Positions 41,295-50,736 of a DNA stretch of 64,000 bases are shown here, piece after piece. A model generated the notes under the pieces. It did no database searches and was not told the origin of the DNA. It worked only from the letters and a program-made list of their open reading frames with translations. Numbering within the stretch: position 1 is the stretch's first letter; the number at the start of each line of letters is the position of its first letter. The position numbers and the translations under genes were made by a program. This stretch comes from a virus (lineage: Duplodnaviria > Caudoviricetes), in the IMG/VR virus record IMGVR_UViG_3300036929_000011, positions 1 to 64,000 of that record, one strand, 5' to 3'.

Positions 41295-42797
41295 TCACCT
41301 CGCGAGGCGGGGGACGTTCATCTTGTAGGCCGTGGGCGTGATGCTGAGAATTCCAGTTGCCACGCCTTTGTAGTAGATCGTCGCAGCCTGGGCCGACGAA
41401 ACGCGCACGAGCCGCTGCTGGAATTCGTCGTCGAGTTGTGCGATGGCGAATGAATCGGATCCACCGCCACAACTGACGCTTGCTAAGTCACCCGATGAGC
41501 TTCCCGCATACGCGATGAATAATTCTACGACTGGAGACACCGCCGGTAGGGATCCAAGTGTCCACGCCGTATAGGAGACCTCGGGTGTGCTGATCGGCGT
41601 TTCTTTGAAGCCGTTCGTTACCGTCGCCTGCAAGGTCGCCACTTGGGTGACAGCTCCGCGAATCCAGTCTCCATCGTAGTAGGCGCGAACATTCGTTCCT
41701 GTTCCTGCGCCGTAGAATGCCAAACCTATGTAGACACAGGCTGCCCTTGGGAACGCAGTGGCCGGGCTCGCAATGGCAAGCGTTGCCTTCGGGTATCCAA
41801 GGGGATCGGGTGCCGTGGCCGAAAGGACCAGATGCACGGGAATCGGCGTCCCGCCCAGCGCCACTGGGCCATAGTTCATCATTGGCTGGTGCCGGCCACC
41901 GCACAGGTAGAGGTAATAGGGTTTGTCGTTCCCGGGTGGTGCGTTAGTCGGAGGAGCCGCAGTGTCATTCTCTACGATGGCCTGGCCAGTTCCCTGGAAC
42001 GTCAGCAGCTCGCCGTCAATGACGAGACGATGGACCACGGCGCTTCCGAGTGGCAGCACAGCACTCGCCAGCGTCAGCTTGGGCTCGCATCCATGGAGGA
42101 TCCCGTGCTGGCTTGTGCCTGGAAACTCGATCACCCGCCACGCCCGGCGCACCGGCAGAAATGCCGTGGAGTCCGCTACTGCAGGCGGAACGAAGACGTC
42201 GAACAGTGCCAGCGTGCCTGCGGGAATTGTGGGGGGGACTGGGGCAGTCGCCGCCGTACCAGCGATCACGCTGATTGTCGCCAGCGGGTTTGATGTCTTA
42301 TAGACGTTCTGCGGCGCCACTGTTCGCAGACTTGGATCAAGCAGAATGTTTCGGCTTGTGATGTCGGCGAGCTGGTCTCCAGGCGTTGCGACCACGGTGC
42401 AAATCACAGGGTGGGTCGCATCAGGCGTTCCGCCACCCGGCCAGCTGATAGTCTGTGCAGGCCAGCGCAGGAGCTGATAGCCCGAGATGTCCGGATTTGC
42501 TGGCGTCGCGGGTAGAACGCCCTCGCCAGCACCCAGGTCCATATCGAACACACCCGCAATTCCGTCAAGAGACGGCGGCTGCGTCGTGCCCGAAAGCGGC
42601 TGGCTGTTGGTCCCCTTTGCCCCAGCCCCAAAGTCGTCGAAGGTTCCAGAAGCCGGATCGTAGAAGTCGGCCCGCACACTGCGGCTCTGGGCGGCGTCCA
42701 TTAACTCGCGCCCCGCCAGGGTCCCGATGCGGTTCAGATCGGTTGACAGGATCTGTTCCCGTGCGCTCTGGTTCATTCGTGAGGGGATACCGGCCAT
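41295..42797 (-). CDS. Tail fibre/baseplate-associated protein, 500 aa
   Basis: REQILSTDLNR N-terminus; PDATHP..V pattern of proximal fibre genes. Confidence 0.65.
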   Translation of the reverse strand: MAGIPSRMNQSAREQILSTDLNRIGTLAGRELMDAAQSRSVRADFYDPASGTFDDFGAGAKGTNSQPLSGTTQPPSLDGIAGVFDMDLGAGEGVLPATPANPDISGYQLLRWPAQTISWPGGGTPDATHPVICTVVATPGDQLADITSRNILLDPSLRTVAPQNVYKTSNPLATISVIAGTAATAPVPPTIPAGTLALFDVFVPPAVADSTAFLPVRRAWRVIEFPGTSQHGILHGCEPKLTLASAVLPLGSAVVHRLVIDGELLTFQGTGQAIVENDTAAPPTNAPPGNDKPYYLYLCGGRHQPMMNYGPVALGGTPIPVHLVLSATAPDPLGYPKATLAIASPATAFPRAACVYIGLAFYGAGTGTNVRAYYDGDWIRGAVTQVATLQATVTNGFKETPISTPEVSYTAWTLGSLPAVSPVVELFIAYAGSSSGDLASVSCGGGSDSFAIAQLDDEFQQRLVRVSSAQAATIYYKGVATGILSITPTAYKMNVPRLAR

Positions 42798-42821
42798 GAT
42801 GTTTTCCTTTCGCTCAGCCTA

Positions 42822-44273
42822 TCACAGGGTCATCTGGGTGACCCAAAAGGTGCCGACGGCCCGCAAGGTGTTTGAGACCGAGCTGGCCACCAAAAGTAAG
42901 ATCGCTGCGACCTGGCCGCTGAAGTAGCCAAGCTTCTCCAACTCGAACGTCCGAAGCGGTAGACCGTCGATTGGCGCAATCCAATCCGTCACTATCACGC
43001 TGCTGTCAGCAAGAATCATTGCAAACATAAACGCGTCTGTGCTGGGATCGATCGGTCCCACGGTCACCAGGCCCTGCCGTACCATCCAAGCGGATCCGGT
43101 CGGCGGCGCGAGTACGAAGGCCATGGTTCCCGCCGGGTCTGCCACCACTTCGCCAACCCCACCAAGGCGCATGCTGTTCTCGACGTAGGTATCGAACTGG
43201 ACCCCGCCCGCGCGCTTCACCCGGGCCTCCTCGCTGATCGCATGCAGAGCGGCCGTCAACGACGGCGCGAGCCCGATGTCCGGAAACCCCCAAGCTTGGT
43301 CATCGCAGAACGTATCGTCACCGTAGCAGCCAGACCCGTCTGGCTCGGTCAGCTGACCTGCCACCGCAAGCCTGAAGTAGGCGCGGCCTTGTCGAAGGTC
43401 GGGGACCTCAAGCGTGCGAAACGGCTGCTTGCCGGTCAGGTCGTCACCAAGGGCGTCGTCGCAGAAGTCAGATTCTGCGAACAGAGAATCGGCAAAGACG
43501 AGCTCAAGCTCCATCCTCGCGGCGTCGCTGGACTGGTCCCGGTAGGGTTCGACCATGTACGTGTCCGGGAGCTGGCCCTGCGCCCCGTGGACCGCCTCCT
43601 GAATCGCCTTGGGTGTGGCGGCCTCTGGAATCAGCCTGACCCGCAGCCGGTACGCCTCTCCATCCTCGCCCGCCTGTCGCCGACAGCCCCGCTCGTCACC
43701 GTGCATCGACAGCCAGTCCATCTCGGCTCCGGTGACGGCGGTCGCAAACCCATAGGTGGTGTACCCACCCGGGCCTAGGATGACGTCGCTGACGCTGTCC
43801 AGAACCGCCGTGCTGAGCGGATCGATGATTGCGTCCACTGGGTCGCCTGGTGCCAGCACATCGTCAAAGACTGGGTCGGTGGTATTGGCCAGGTCAATCT
43901 GTCGAACTGTCCGCAGGGGCAGTAGGATGCTCGTCTGGTGGGCCGCCACGGGAACGTCAAGCGCCACCAGCAACTGAACGCCTCGCGCGTCAACGAACAT
44001 GAACCCCTTGGGGATCAGCGCCGTGGTCGTGAGATCAGGCCTGGTGATGGTCAGGTCGCAGGATCCTGACCTCCCAGTGGGCGCCGTGGAGATGGAGCAC
44101 GCCTCCACCTGTTGCATCACGGCCTTGCTCGTCGCTTCGGCGATGGCCAGCTTGGCGTTGATGATTGCCGCGCCGTCGGGAGTCGCCATGAAGTCCGACA
44201 GCCAATTCTCATCGCACGTGCGGCGAAGCAGGGCCAAGCCATCGGCCTGAGTGAGGGGGCCGGAGTCACTCAT
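42822..44273 (-). CDS. Baseplate wedge protein (gpI/J-related)
   Basis: LSMHG.ERG..R..GE..EAYR.R..ATPKAI motif; follows baseplate J. Confidence 0.65.
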   Translation of the reverse strand: MSDSGPLTQADGLALLRRTCDENWLSDFMATPDGAAIINAKLAIAEATSKAVMQQVEACSISTAPTGRSGSCDLTITRPDLTTTALIPKGFMFVDARGVQLLVALDVPVAAHQTSILLPLRTVRQIDLANTTDPVFDDVLAPGDPVDAIIDPLSTAVLDSVSDVILGPGGYTTYGFATAVTGAEMDWLSMHGDERGCRRQAGEDGEAYRLRVRLIPEAATPKAIQEAVHGAQGQLPDTYMVEPYRDQSSDAARMELELVFADSLFAESDFCDDALGDDLTGKQPFRTLEVPDLRQGRAYFRLAVAGQLTEPDGSGCYGDDTFCDDQAWGFPDIGLAPSLTAALHAISEEARVKRAGGVQFDTYVENSMRLGGVGEVVADPAGTMAFVLAPPTGSAWMVRQGLVTVGPIDPSTDAFMFAMILADSSVIVTDWIAPIDGLPLRTFELEKLGYFSGQVAAILLLVASSVSNTLRAVGTFWVTQMTL

Positions 44274-45388
44274 ACAAAGGTGATCCCTGTGCTGAGGATT
44301 CGGATCATCACCGTCGGGTCGAACGGCACGACGTCACCTAGAGGATAAAGAAGGGCACCATCGGAGACGATCACCCCCGGAACGTTTTGCGCCGCCGAGA
44401 TGAGCGCCGAGCGGAACAGGATGCCGTTATCGGGACCGGGGGGCAGGAACTGCGAAACAGCTACGCAGACGGCACGCACGCGCGAGATCGCCAGCTTCTC
44501 GTCGAAGCCCAGCTTGAAGGCCAGGTGCCATTGGACAGTCTGGTACTCGACGGTCCCGCTCAGTACAAAGACCGGGATTCCAGCCGCCCGCCACTTGAGC
44601 AGCGAGTCCGAGACGGCCGTGACCATGGTGGAGGTCGCGTTGCCTGAGCGATCTCCGATCACGAGTTGCACGGCCCCAGCCGGGAATCCTCCGAGTGGGT
44701 TGACGATCTCAGTCGCCGTTGCCACGGCCACGCCCGGGACCTGCTTGGCGCCGTACTCGATTGCCCCAAGAATCGCCTTGCTGACAGTTGGGAAAAAGCC
44801 TCGGATCCGGCCGAGGAACTGGATATCGCTCTCGGTATCGGTTCCGCCCGCCGCCGGCCCTGGATTGTTGACCGTAATGGTCGAGTCAAACGGCCCAGTC
44901 GAGAAGGCGGTCACGGTGTTGGCGTTGACGTTCGTCGCCGAGCCCACCGTCGCGGCCGTGGCCGAGACCTGCACGATGGTGTCCCAGTCTCCAAAGGTAG
45001 CGTCCTGGTCAAGCCCGAACTGCACTCCGTCCGCCGTCTGCACGACCGACCCCGCCGAGTAGACACCCGGGGTGGCTACGCCGGGCATCGGCCGAGCCAG
45101 CACCAAGTCGACCGATGCCGGCGTCGCGCTGAAGCGGGTCAAACCATATCGATCGTAAGCCTCCCGATCGAGCTGGGCACCGCGGGCCGTCTCGGCGAAG
45201 ACCCCACGCATGGCTGCGGCCCCGCGCGAGGCCACCTCCTCGCCGATGACCGAGTCGATGCCGATGACGAGGTTCAGATCGCTGCCCGGAATGTCGGCCA
45301 CTGCCGGGTTGAGCTTTATGTTTGGCGTCCCAGCGACGGCTGCCCGGCCCACCGCAAATAGAGAAGAGCGATCGACGAAAAGACTCAT
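44270..45388 (-). CDS. Baseplate J-like protein, 372 aa
   Basis: TARGAQLDR..G.TR..A, AAGGTD.ESD.QF..R, AIEYGA..VPGV. True start 45388 (ATGA). Confidence 0.85.
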   Translation of the reverse strand: MSLFVDRSSLFAVGRAAVAGTPNIKLNPAVADIPGSDLNLVIGIDSVIGEEVASRGAAAMRGVFAETARGAQLDREAYDRYGLTRFSATPASVDLVLARPMPGVATPGVYSAGSVVQTADGVQFGLDQDATFGDWDTIVQVSATAATVGSATNVNANTVTAFSTGPFDSTITVNNPGPAAGGTDTESDIQFLGRIRGFFPTVSKAILGAIEYGAKQVPGVAVATATEIVNPLGGFPAGAVQLVIGDRSGNATSTMVTAVSDSLLKWRAAGIPVFVLSGTVEYQTVQWHLAFKLGFDEKLAISRVRAVCVAVSQFLPPGPDNGILFRSALISAAQNVPGVIVSDGALLYPLGDVVPFDPTVMIRILSTGITFV

Positions 45389-46176
45389 GGGGTGACCCCT
45401 CCATTGGGCAAGGCCGAGGCACTGGCTGTCAGGTCCTGGCCGTCGGAAGTCTTCGCCCGTATCGTCAGCGCCAGCAGGCCGCGAGAATCCATCACGATGC
45501 TGGTCTGCGATTGCACGACGTCGGGCTCTTGCTGCACCCCTTGGGCGAGGTCCGTCTTGATCGAGGTGAGGTTGTCGCGCGTGGCCGGCGTCTTGAAGTC
45601 GGTGGCCAGGCCGTAGCCGGGCAGGCATGCGAAGCTGTTCTTTTTGACCATCGCCCGCCGCAAGACGCGTTTCTTCGTGCCCGGCAATCCTTCGTGGTGG
45701 GCCCAATCCCCAGAACTGTCCACGGTGATGCCTGGCTGAAACGGATCCGTCGCCAGGTCGACCAGCCCCGTCCGCCGGCGGATCTGCCGGGTGCGTACCG
45801 GACGGATGGCCCCGACGAAGCTGGCCGAGTAGGGCGGACCAATCGCCAGCCCAAGCGCAGAGACGAGCGCCGGCTTGGCCGTCACCTGGTAGGTGAGCCC
45901 AACGACCAGCGGGTGGTCAGTCTGCACGTCCAGGGCGTACTCGCCGGGATTGAAGACCCCGAAGGCTGGGTATGCGATGACGTTCGGCAAGACTCCGACG
46001 CAGAACAAGGTAGCCCCGGTACCGACGGTAATCGTGACCCCGTAGTTGGCAGGGTTCCGCCCGTCGTCCAAAGCCGAGCTGCTCTTGTGCTTCGGCTCCG
46101 AGCTGAACACGACCCGCACCACCTGGCCGCCCACCGCGAGGGCGCGAACAACGTTGAAGGTGGTGATGAAGGGCAT
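45385..46176 (-). CDS. Baseplate wedge subunit (Ig-like plus gp25/W-like)
   Basis: C-terminal GDWA..G...KKRVLRR..PGYG..QEPDV pattern. Confidence 0.65.
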   Translation of the reverse strand: MPFITTFNVVRALAVGGQVVRVVFSSEPKHKSSSALDDGRNPANYGVTITVGTGATLFCVGVLPNVIAYPAFGVFNPGEYALDVQTDHPLVVGLTYQVTAKPALVSALGLAIGPPYSASFVGAIRPVRTRQIRRRTGLVDLATDPFQPGITVDSSGDWAHHEGLPGTKKRVLRRAMVKKNSFACLPGYGLATDFKTPATRDNLTSIKTDLAQGVQQEPDVVQSQTSIVMDSRGLLALTIRAKTSDGQDLTASASALPNGGVTP

Positions 46177-46200
46177 TGGGTGAATCCTATCACTCCGCGA

Positions 46201-47043
46201 CTATTTGGTCTTGGTCACCGTTGAGTTGAAGGTTGGGAGCTCGGCCAGGAATGCCGTGAAGGCAGCGAGAAGGGCAGAGAACCCTGGACCCAGCGGGGAG
46301 AGGGCTGGGTTAGCCGGGAGAGTAGCAGCGGTATAAAGCGCTGACGCAGCCGCTTCGGCCGCTCCAATGAAAGTGGTCTCCGCAACCGTTCGGGTCTGCC
46401 CGAGCTGCACCGGCTCGACCGCATCCGCCCCCCCCAGCTGTACCGATGGCGCCGTCACGACCGCCCCGCTCGAATCGAGGTCGATCTTGGTTCCGTTCGC
46501 GTTCAGCTCGATCGCCTTCGAGGTCGTGACCGTGGCATTGCCATCCTGGTCGAGCGTGACCTGGACGCCCCCAGCTGTCCTGATGTCGATCGGCACAGAC
46601 TTCGCGTAGATAAGCAGCCGGTCGTTGCCGAAGATGGGCTTGCCGCTGTCGGTGGGCTGCCGGTTGGAGCGCGAGTGCAGGATGTTGGTGATGATCCCGC
46701 CGGTCAGATCGCCATCGGGGAAGTCGCACTTCACAATGTCGCCCGGACGGATCGGAGCCAAGATGGTCACGTCGCCCGCCTGGATCCCGGCGTACCGGCA
46801 GGTGACCGGAATCATCAGCGGCTCCAGCTTCACGTCGACGTCGACGCCGTCGCTGGCGTTCCAGACCGCCGCCTTGTCATTCGGGTTGAACTCTCCCGTT
46901 TCGGTGTCGACCGTCGCGACGGTGCCGTTGCTACACCAGTAGCGCAGGTCTGCTCCCACGCTGCGGGCCGCCTTCCGGAAGTTCTCCGAGTCGATGCTGT
47001 TGCGGATGTTGGTCCCGAAGCGATGCCGTGTCGCCGCCATCAC
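46201..47043 (-). CDS. Baseplate spike (gpV-like)
   Basis: OB-like N-terminus (APIRPGD..V.FPDGD..G), beta-helix-like middle, VQLGGADA.EPV.LG. Confidence 0.7.
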   Translation of the reverse strand: MMAATRHRFGTNIRNSIDSENFRKAARSVGADLRYWCSNGTVATVDTETGEFNPNDKAAVWNASDGVDVDVKLEPLMIPVTCRYAGIQAGDVTILAPIRPGDIVKCDFPDGDLTGGIITNILHSRSNRQPTDSGKPIFGNDRLLIYAKSVPIDIRTAGGVQVTLDQDGNATVTTSKAIELNANGTKIDLDSSGAVVTAPSVQLGGADAVEPVQLGQTRTVAETTFIGAAEAAASALYTAATLPANPALSPLGPGFSALLAAFTAFLAELPTFNSTVTKTK

Positions 47044-49196
47044 TGCACCTGCCTACTCTGCTGGCGCCCGACCTTGTCCAGCACGGCCGCGGTCTCTACG
47101 TCCTGCGCCGTCTGCTTCTTAGCAGCTGGGCTCGTCTTCTTGAGCTTGGCGACGTCGTTCTTCTTCTGATCGTCTGTGGCGAAGGTCTTGGGGTCGTTGT
47201 CGGGCATGTAGTTGCTGAGCTCCATGTGCGCGCTGAAGCCCTCTTCTGCGGAGAAATGCAGGTGCACCGCCCGGCAGTAGTACACGTCTGGCAGCTTCGC
47301 CGCCCGGTAGGCAGCCTGAATCTTGCGTGCCGTCTCTTCAATCTTGGCCTGGTCGAGGCTTCCGTCCGTGCGCCAAGCCCCCCAGCGATCGTTCTGCTTG
47401 GTCAGCAGCCCGACGATGTTGTTCGCTTTCGTGTCGTAGAACTCCGAGAGCGTGCTGATGACGAGGTTTCCGTCCTGTTCGGACTTCTGGGCGACCGTGA
47501 CGTGCACCGGGCTGCCGGCGCAGAGCTTGAGGATGTCAGGATTGTCGTTGTGGTTCTCGACTAGGGTTCCGGCCTGCTGACTCGCCACCGGGTCGATGTA
47601 GCTGGCCAGTTCGTCGGTCTCAAGCTCAATGGTCAGTTCATGCCGGGTGAGTTGGTGGTAGATGCTGCACGCGGCCTGTTCGAGCATTCCCATGTCTCGG
47701 ATGCCCTTGAGAACGAAGGTGCGGACGACATTGATCATCCCGCCCCCCTTTTCGTGCATCTTGTTGGCCTTTTTGCCCTTGTGCTTGTAGAGCGGTCCGC
47801 TCGGGTAGCGCGCGGAAAGAACACGCAGGGTGGCGTCGGCGTCGGGATTGTAGCTTCGCACCTCGACGGCGCTGACCCGGACCTTGCCAAGCTTGCGCGC
47901 CAGCTTCATCTTCGCGAGGTTGTGGCCCCAGACCATGAAGCGCACGTCGCTGTGAACCTTCTTCCCGGCGATCGTGAGGTCGCGGCTGAAGCCATCGCGG
48001 GCGCCGCCCTGGATCGAGATTGCGCTATCGATGTCGTCGAGGAAGGCCTGCGGCGGGCTGATGAGCAAGCAGTTGGCCGGGTTGACGGTCTGGACTTTAC
48101 CATCCGTGCTGCCCGTCCCGGCGGGCAGCGACGGGCAATACATCGGGATGCATCCGCACAGCTCGCACGCCTGCGTGATGAGATCCCAGATGCTCATGCC
48201 GTCGGCGTCGACCGCCTTGGGTGGCATTGATGGCGATCCGCCAGTTGCGCTGTCGCCCTGGCCCTTGGCATCGGCGCCGTCACTCGGGTTGTCCGTCACC
48301 GGGTTCGGCTCCTGCCCAGGCACGGATCCATTCGAGGCGTTGCGGCTGGCCGCGGTCTGGAGGGATCGGTTCAAGGTCTTGCGGTCCAGAAACGGTTCTT
48401 TGCTCGGGTCGGCCGCGTACCAGTACGCCCGGAACGGATCGCCTCCGGTATCGCCCGAGGTGGGCGGGTACAGGGCCAGGATCCGATTGACGTAGGTGGT
48501 GAGGGCTTCGCACGCGCCCTGGATCATGTACGCCTTGGCCTGGGCCGCGATCTTGCCGTCGATGAGCACGCTCTCGTAGCTGCGCGCCTTGATGTGGATC
48601 ACGCCGCTAGATTCGTCGTGCTCCATCTCGGGCAGGTCGATGTAGCCATTGAACCGCAGGATGCTGGTCTTGCTGATGTCGGGCTTCAAATGCCACTTGT
48701 CTGGGCTGGCGAAGTCCTCTGCGGTCACGGTCCCGATCCAAGCTTCCACTCGGCATTCCCTCATGATACGCGGGTCGAGCGGCATGTCCTGGAACGGGAA
48801 CGCGGCCGTCAGCTCGTTCGCCGTGCGGAAGCTTTTGTCCTCGATGTCCATCTCGGTCGGCACGGTCACGAACGACACCGAAAACTCGTCGCCCTTGCCC
48901 TGGGGACCGGCGGCGGAATCCTTGCCAGCGGTCGCCGCCTGCCGCTGGAGGCTCTTGGCCAGCGCTGACAGGCCGACCATCGCCGCCTGCGATCTGCTGG
49001 CGCCTGTGACTCGCCCAGCGGCCTCCTGTGCAATCTGAGCCTCGACTACGGCCCGGTCTGCTGCCGCCTTCGCCTGGGCGTTCTTATAGGGTTTCTCTCC
49101 GTCCTGGGCACTTGAGTCGTCGGTCTGTCCGAAGTCCTCAAGGCGCACGAACAGACGCAAGAACCAGGCTGGTCGGTAGTACCGAGGCTCCGTCAC
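47040..49196 (-). CDS. Baseplate hub / late-control D-like protein, 718 aa
   Basis: Position; FNGYID..I.ARSY..LID; WDLI..CE..G; VEVRSY. Confidence 0.65.
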   Translation of the reverse strand: MTEPRYYRPAWFLRLFVRLEDFGQTDDSSAQDGEKPYKNAQAKAAADRAVVEAQIAQEAAGRVTGASRSQAAMVGLSALAKSLQRQAATAGKDSAAGPQGKGDEFSVSFVTVPTEMDIEDKSFRTANELTAAFPFQDMPLDPRIMRECRVEAWIGTVTAEDFASPDKWHLKPDISKTSILRFNGYIDLPEMEHDESSGVIHIKARSYESVLIDGKIAAQAKAYMIQGACEALTTYVNRILALYPPTSGDTGGDPFRAYWYAADPSKEPFLDRKTLNRSLQTAASRNASNGSVPGQEPNPVTDNPSDGADAKGQGDSATGGSPSMPPKAVDADGMSIWDLITQACELCGCIPMYCPSLPAGTGSTDGKVQTVNPANCLLISPPQAFLDDIDSAISIQGGARDGFSRDLTIAGKKVHSDVRFMVWGHNLAKMKLARKLGKVRVSAVEVRSYNPDADATLRVLSARYPSGPLYKHKGKKANKMHEKGGGMINVVRTFVLKGIRDMGMLEQAACSIYHQLTRHELTIELETDELASYIDPVASQQAGTLVENHNDNPDILKLCAGSPVHVTVAQKSEQDGNLVISTLSEFYDTKANNIVGLLTKQNDRWGAWRTDGSLDQAKIEETARKIQAAYRAAKLPDVYYCRAVHLHFSAEEGFSAHMELSNYMPDNDPKTFATDDQKKNDVAKLKKTSPAAKKQTAQDVETAAVLDKVGRQQSRQVQ

Positions 49197-49459
49197 CGTC
49201 GCCTCCGCCGCTTCTCAATGGCTGCAATTCTACCGGGTACTCCTCCGAGGCGCGGTAGCCTAGCGACACGCTTGGGACGAAAGAAGAGTTGACGAAGTAT
49301 GCGCCATGCATCCCGTGTTCTTGGTGGCCCGGCATTGCATATTCTTCTAACTGTTATGCAAGGATGAACGATCTCGAAGTCAATGGCCTTTTGGCCCCAC
49401 CAAAGTTCGTAAAAGAACCGTCGAGCGTCATGTCGCATTACTCGAATCGAGTACCGCAT
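49193..49459 (-). CDS. Possible 88-aa Arg-rich ORF (lower GC)
   Basis: Stop overlaps the GTG of the hub gene; atypical composition; no clear SD. Confidence 0.3.
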   Translation of the reverse strand: MRYSIRVMRHDARRFFYELWWGQKAIDFEIVHPCITVRRICNAGPPRTRDAWRILRQLFFRPKRVARLPRLGGVPGRIAAIEKRRRRR

Positions 49460-49473
49460 GATAGTAGGAAAAC

Positions 49474-50736
49474 TCAAGAGTTGGCCCCCGTGGTCGGGCT
49501 GTTTCCCCACGCCTCCTGGAGCACCGTTTGGTAGCTGGCCTGGGCGGGCACGTATATCGGCGGCGCTCCGAGGTCACTCGGCCCGGATGACGTGGCCGGG
49601 ACCTCGCTGGAGTCCAAATCGTTGAAATCTGCGATCAAGATCCAAGGGTCGGGGTTCCCATAGTATTTGGCAGCCACGTCCCGCAGGTCGCTTCCGGCGG
49701 GCGGACGCACGATGGCGATGATGTCCGGGACCTGCTTGGCGGCGATCGAAGCATCGGTCTGCGCCGCCTGCGCGGCCATCTGGTCCCACTGGTGGACCAG
49801 GTCGAACTGCGTGGTTTGTCCGTCCAGGCGCGAGAGCGGGTCGTCGGTGGGATACCTGGCGAGCTGCGCGCGCTCCGCCTGAATCCGGAAGTCCTTGGCC
49901 GCTGACTCGTCGACTGGCCCGCCCTGCTGAGTGGACAGCACTCCGGCGAACAGTCCGCACGCGGACCCCAGAGCTGCCCGTCCGTTGGCGCAGGCCATGA
50001 CTACGAGATTGCACATGCCTCGTACCCGGTCGGCGATGGCGCTTGGAAGCTCGGCCGCTGTCTGCAGCATGTCCGAGGCACCGTTGACCACGTTGGTGGC
50101 GTCGAAAATCGCATTCTGGACTTCGTCGAGCGCATCGGAAACGGCGAGCATTTCGTTCGTGCCCGTCGCGATTCCCGACCACGCGATGTCGATCCAGCTC
50201 TGCGTCGCCTCCTGCGTCTCCTCCAGCACTTCCGACAGTTCGGTGAAGCTGTCCTGTTTGACGATGCTCGCCGAGAAGGTCGGCGGCTTGGTCTGCAGCG
50301 CATCCCCTCGCCACTCGAAGGTGATGCTCCACTCGATGTCCTGGGCGCGGTTGTACTTGGGCTCGTACTTGGAGATCCGACCCCGCTGAACGATGGCCGG
50401 GTCTTCGCCGTTGGTCAGTGCGCGCCCGCCCCAGCGCACTTCCACCGGCACGCCCTTGTCGCACAGAATCCCGATCTGAAGGTCCAAGGCGCGGGCCCCA
50501 CCCTCGCCGAGGTCGAAGTCCATCCACCGGCCTGTCATCGTGGTCGGCGGTCGGGTCGGACCGGTCACCGTCTGGGTCGCAACAGGATTGCCGGTGTAGT
50601 ACGTCGTCTTGCCCCGCTGCTCGCGCGCGAAGGTCGTGCCCTTATAGGGTAGCGCGCCGCCGGTCAGCTTGATCGGGGCGTAGTTGCCCTCCAAGGGAAT
50701 GATCTCGACGAGCCCTTGTTCCGACGCGTCAGCCAT
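49474..50736 (-). CDS. Tail tube initiator with C-terminal LysM-like domain
   Basis: Follows the tape measure; GSDLRDVAAKYYGNPDPWILIADFN. Confidence 0.7.
   Translation of the reverse strand: MADASEQGLVEIIPLEGNYAPIKLTGGALPYKGTTFAREQRGKTTYYTGNPVATQTVTGPTRPPTTMTGRWMDFDLGEGGARALDLQIGILCDKGVPVEVRWGGRALTNGEDPAIVQRGRISKYEPKYNRAQDIEWSITFEWRGDALQTKPPTFSASIVKQDSFTELSEVLEETQEATQSWIDIAWSGIATGTNEMLAVSDALDEVQNAIFDATNVVNGASDMLQTAAELPSAIADRVRGMCNLVVMACANGRAALGSACGLFAGVLSTQQGGPVDESAAKDFRIQAERAQLARYPTDDPLSRLDGQTTQFDLVHQWDQMAAQAAQTDASIAAKQVPDIIAIVRPPAGSDLRDVAAKYYGNPDPWILIADFNDLDSSEVPATSSGPSDLGAPPIYVPAQASYQTVLQEAWGNSPTTGANS

Noticed and set aside
38289-42797. Diversity-generating retroelement or invertible fibre system
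   Set aside because: No reverse transcriptase or invertase, and no template/variable repeat pair noticed.
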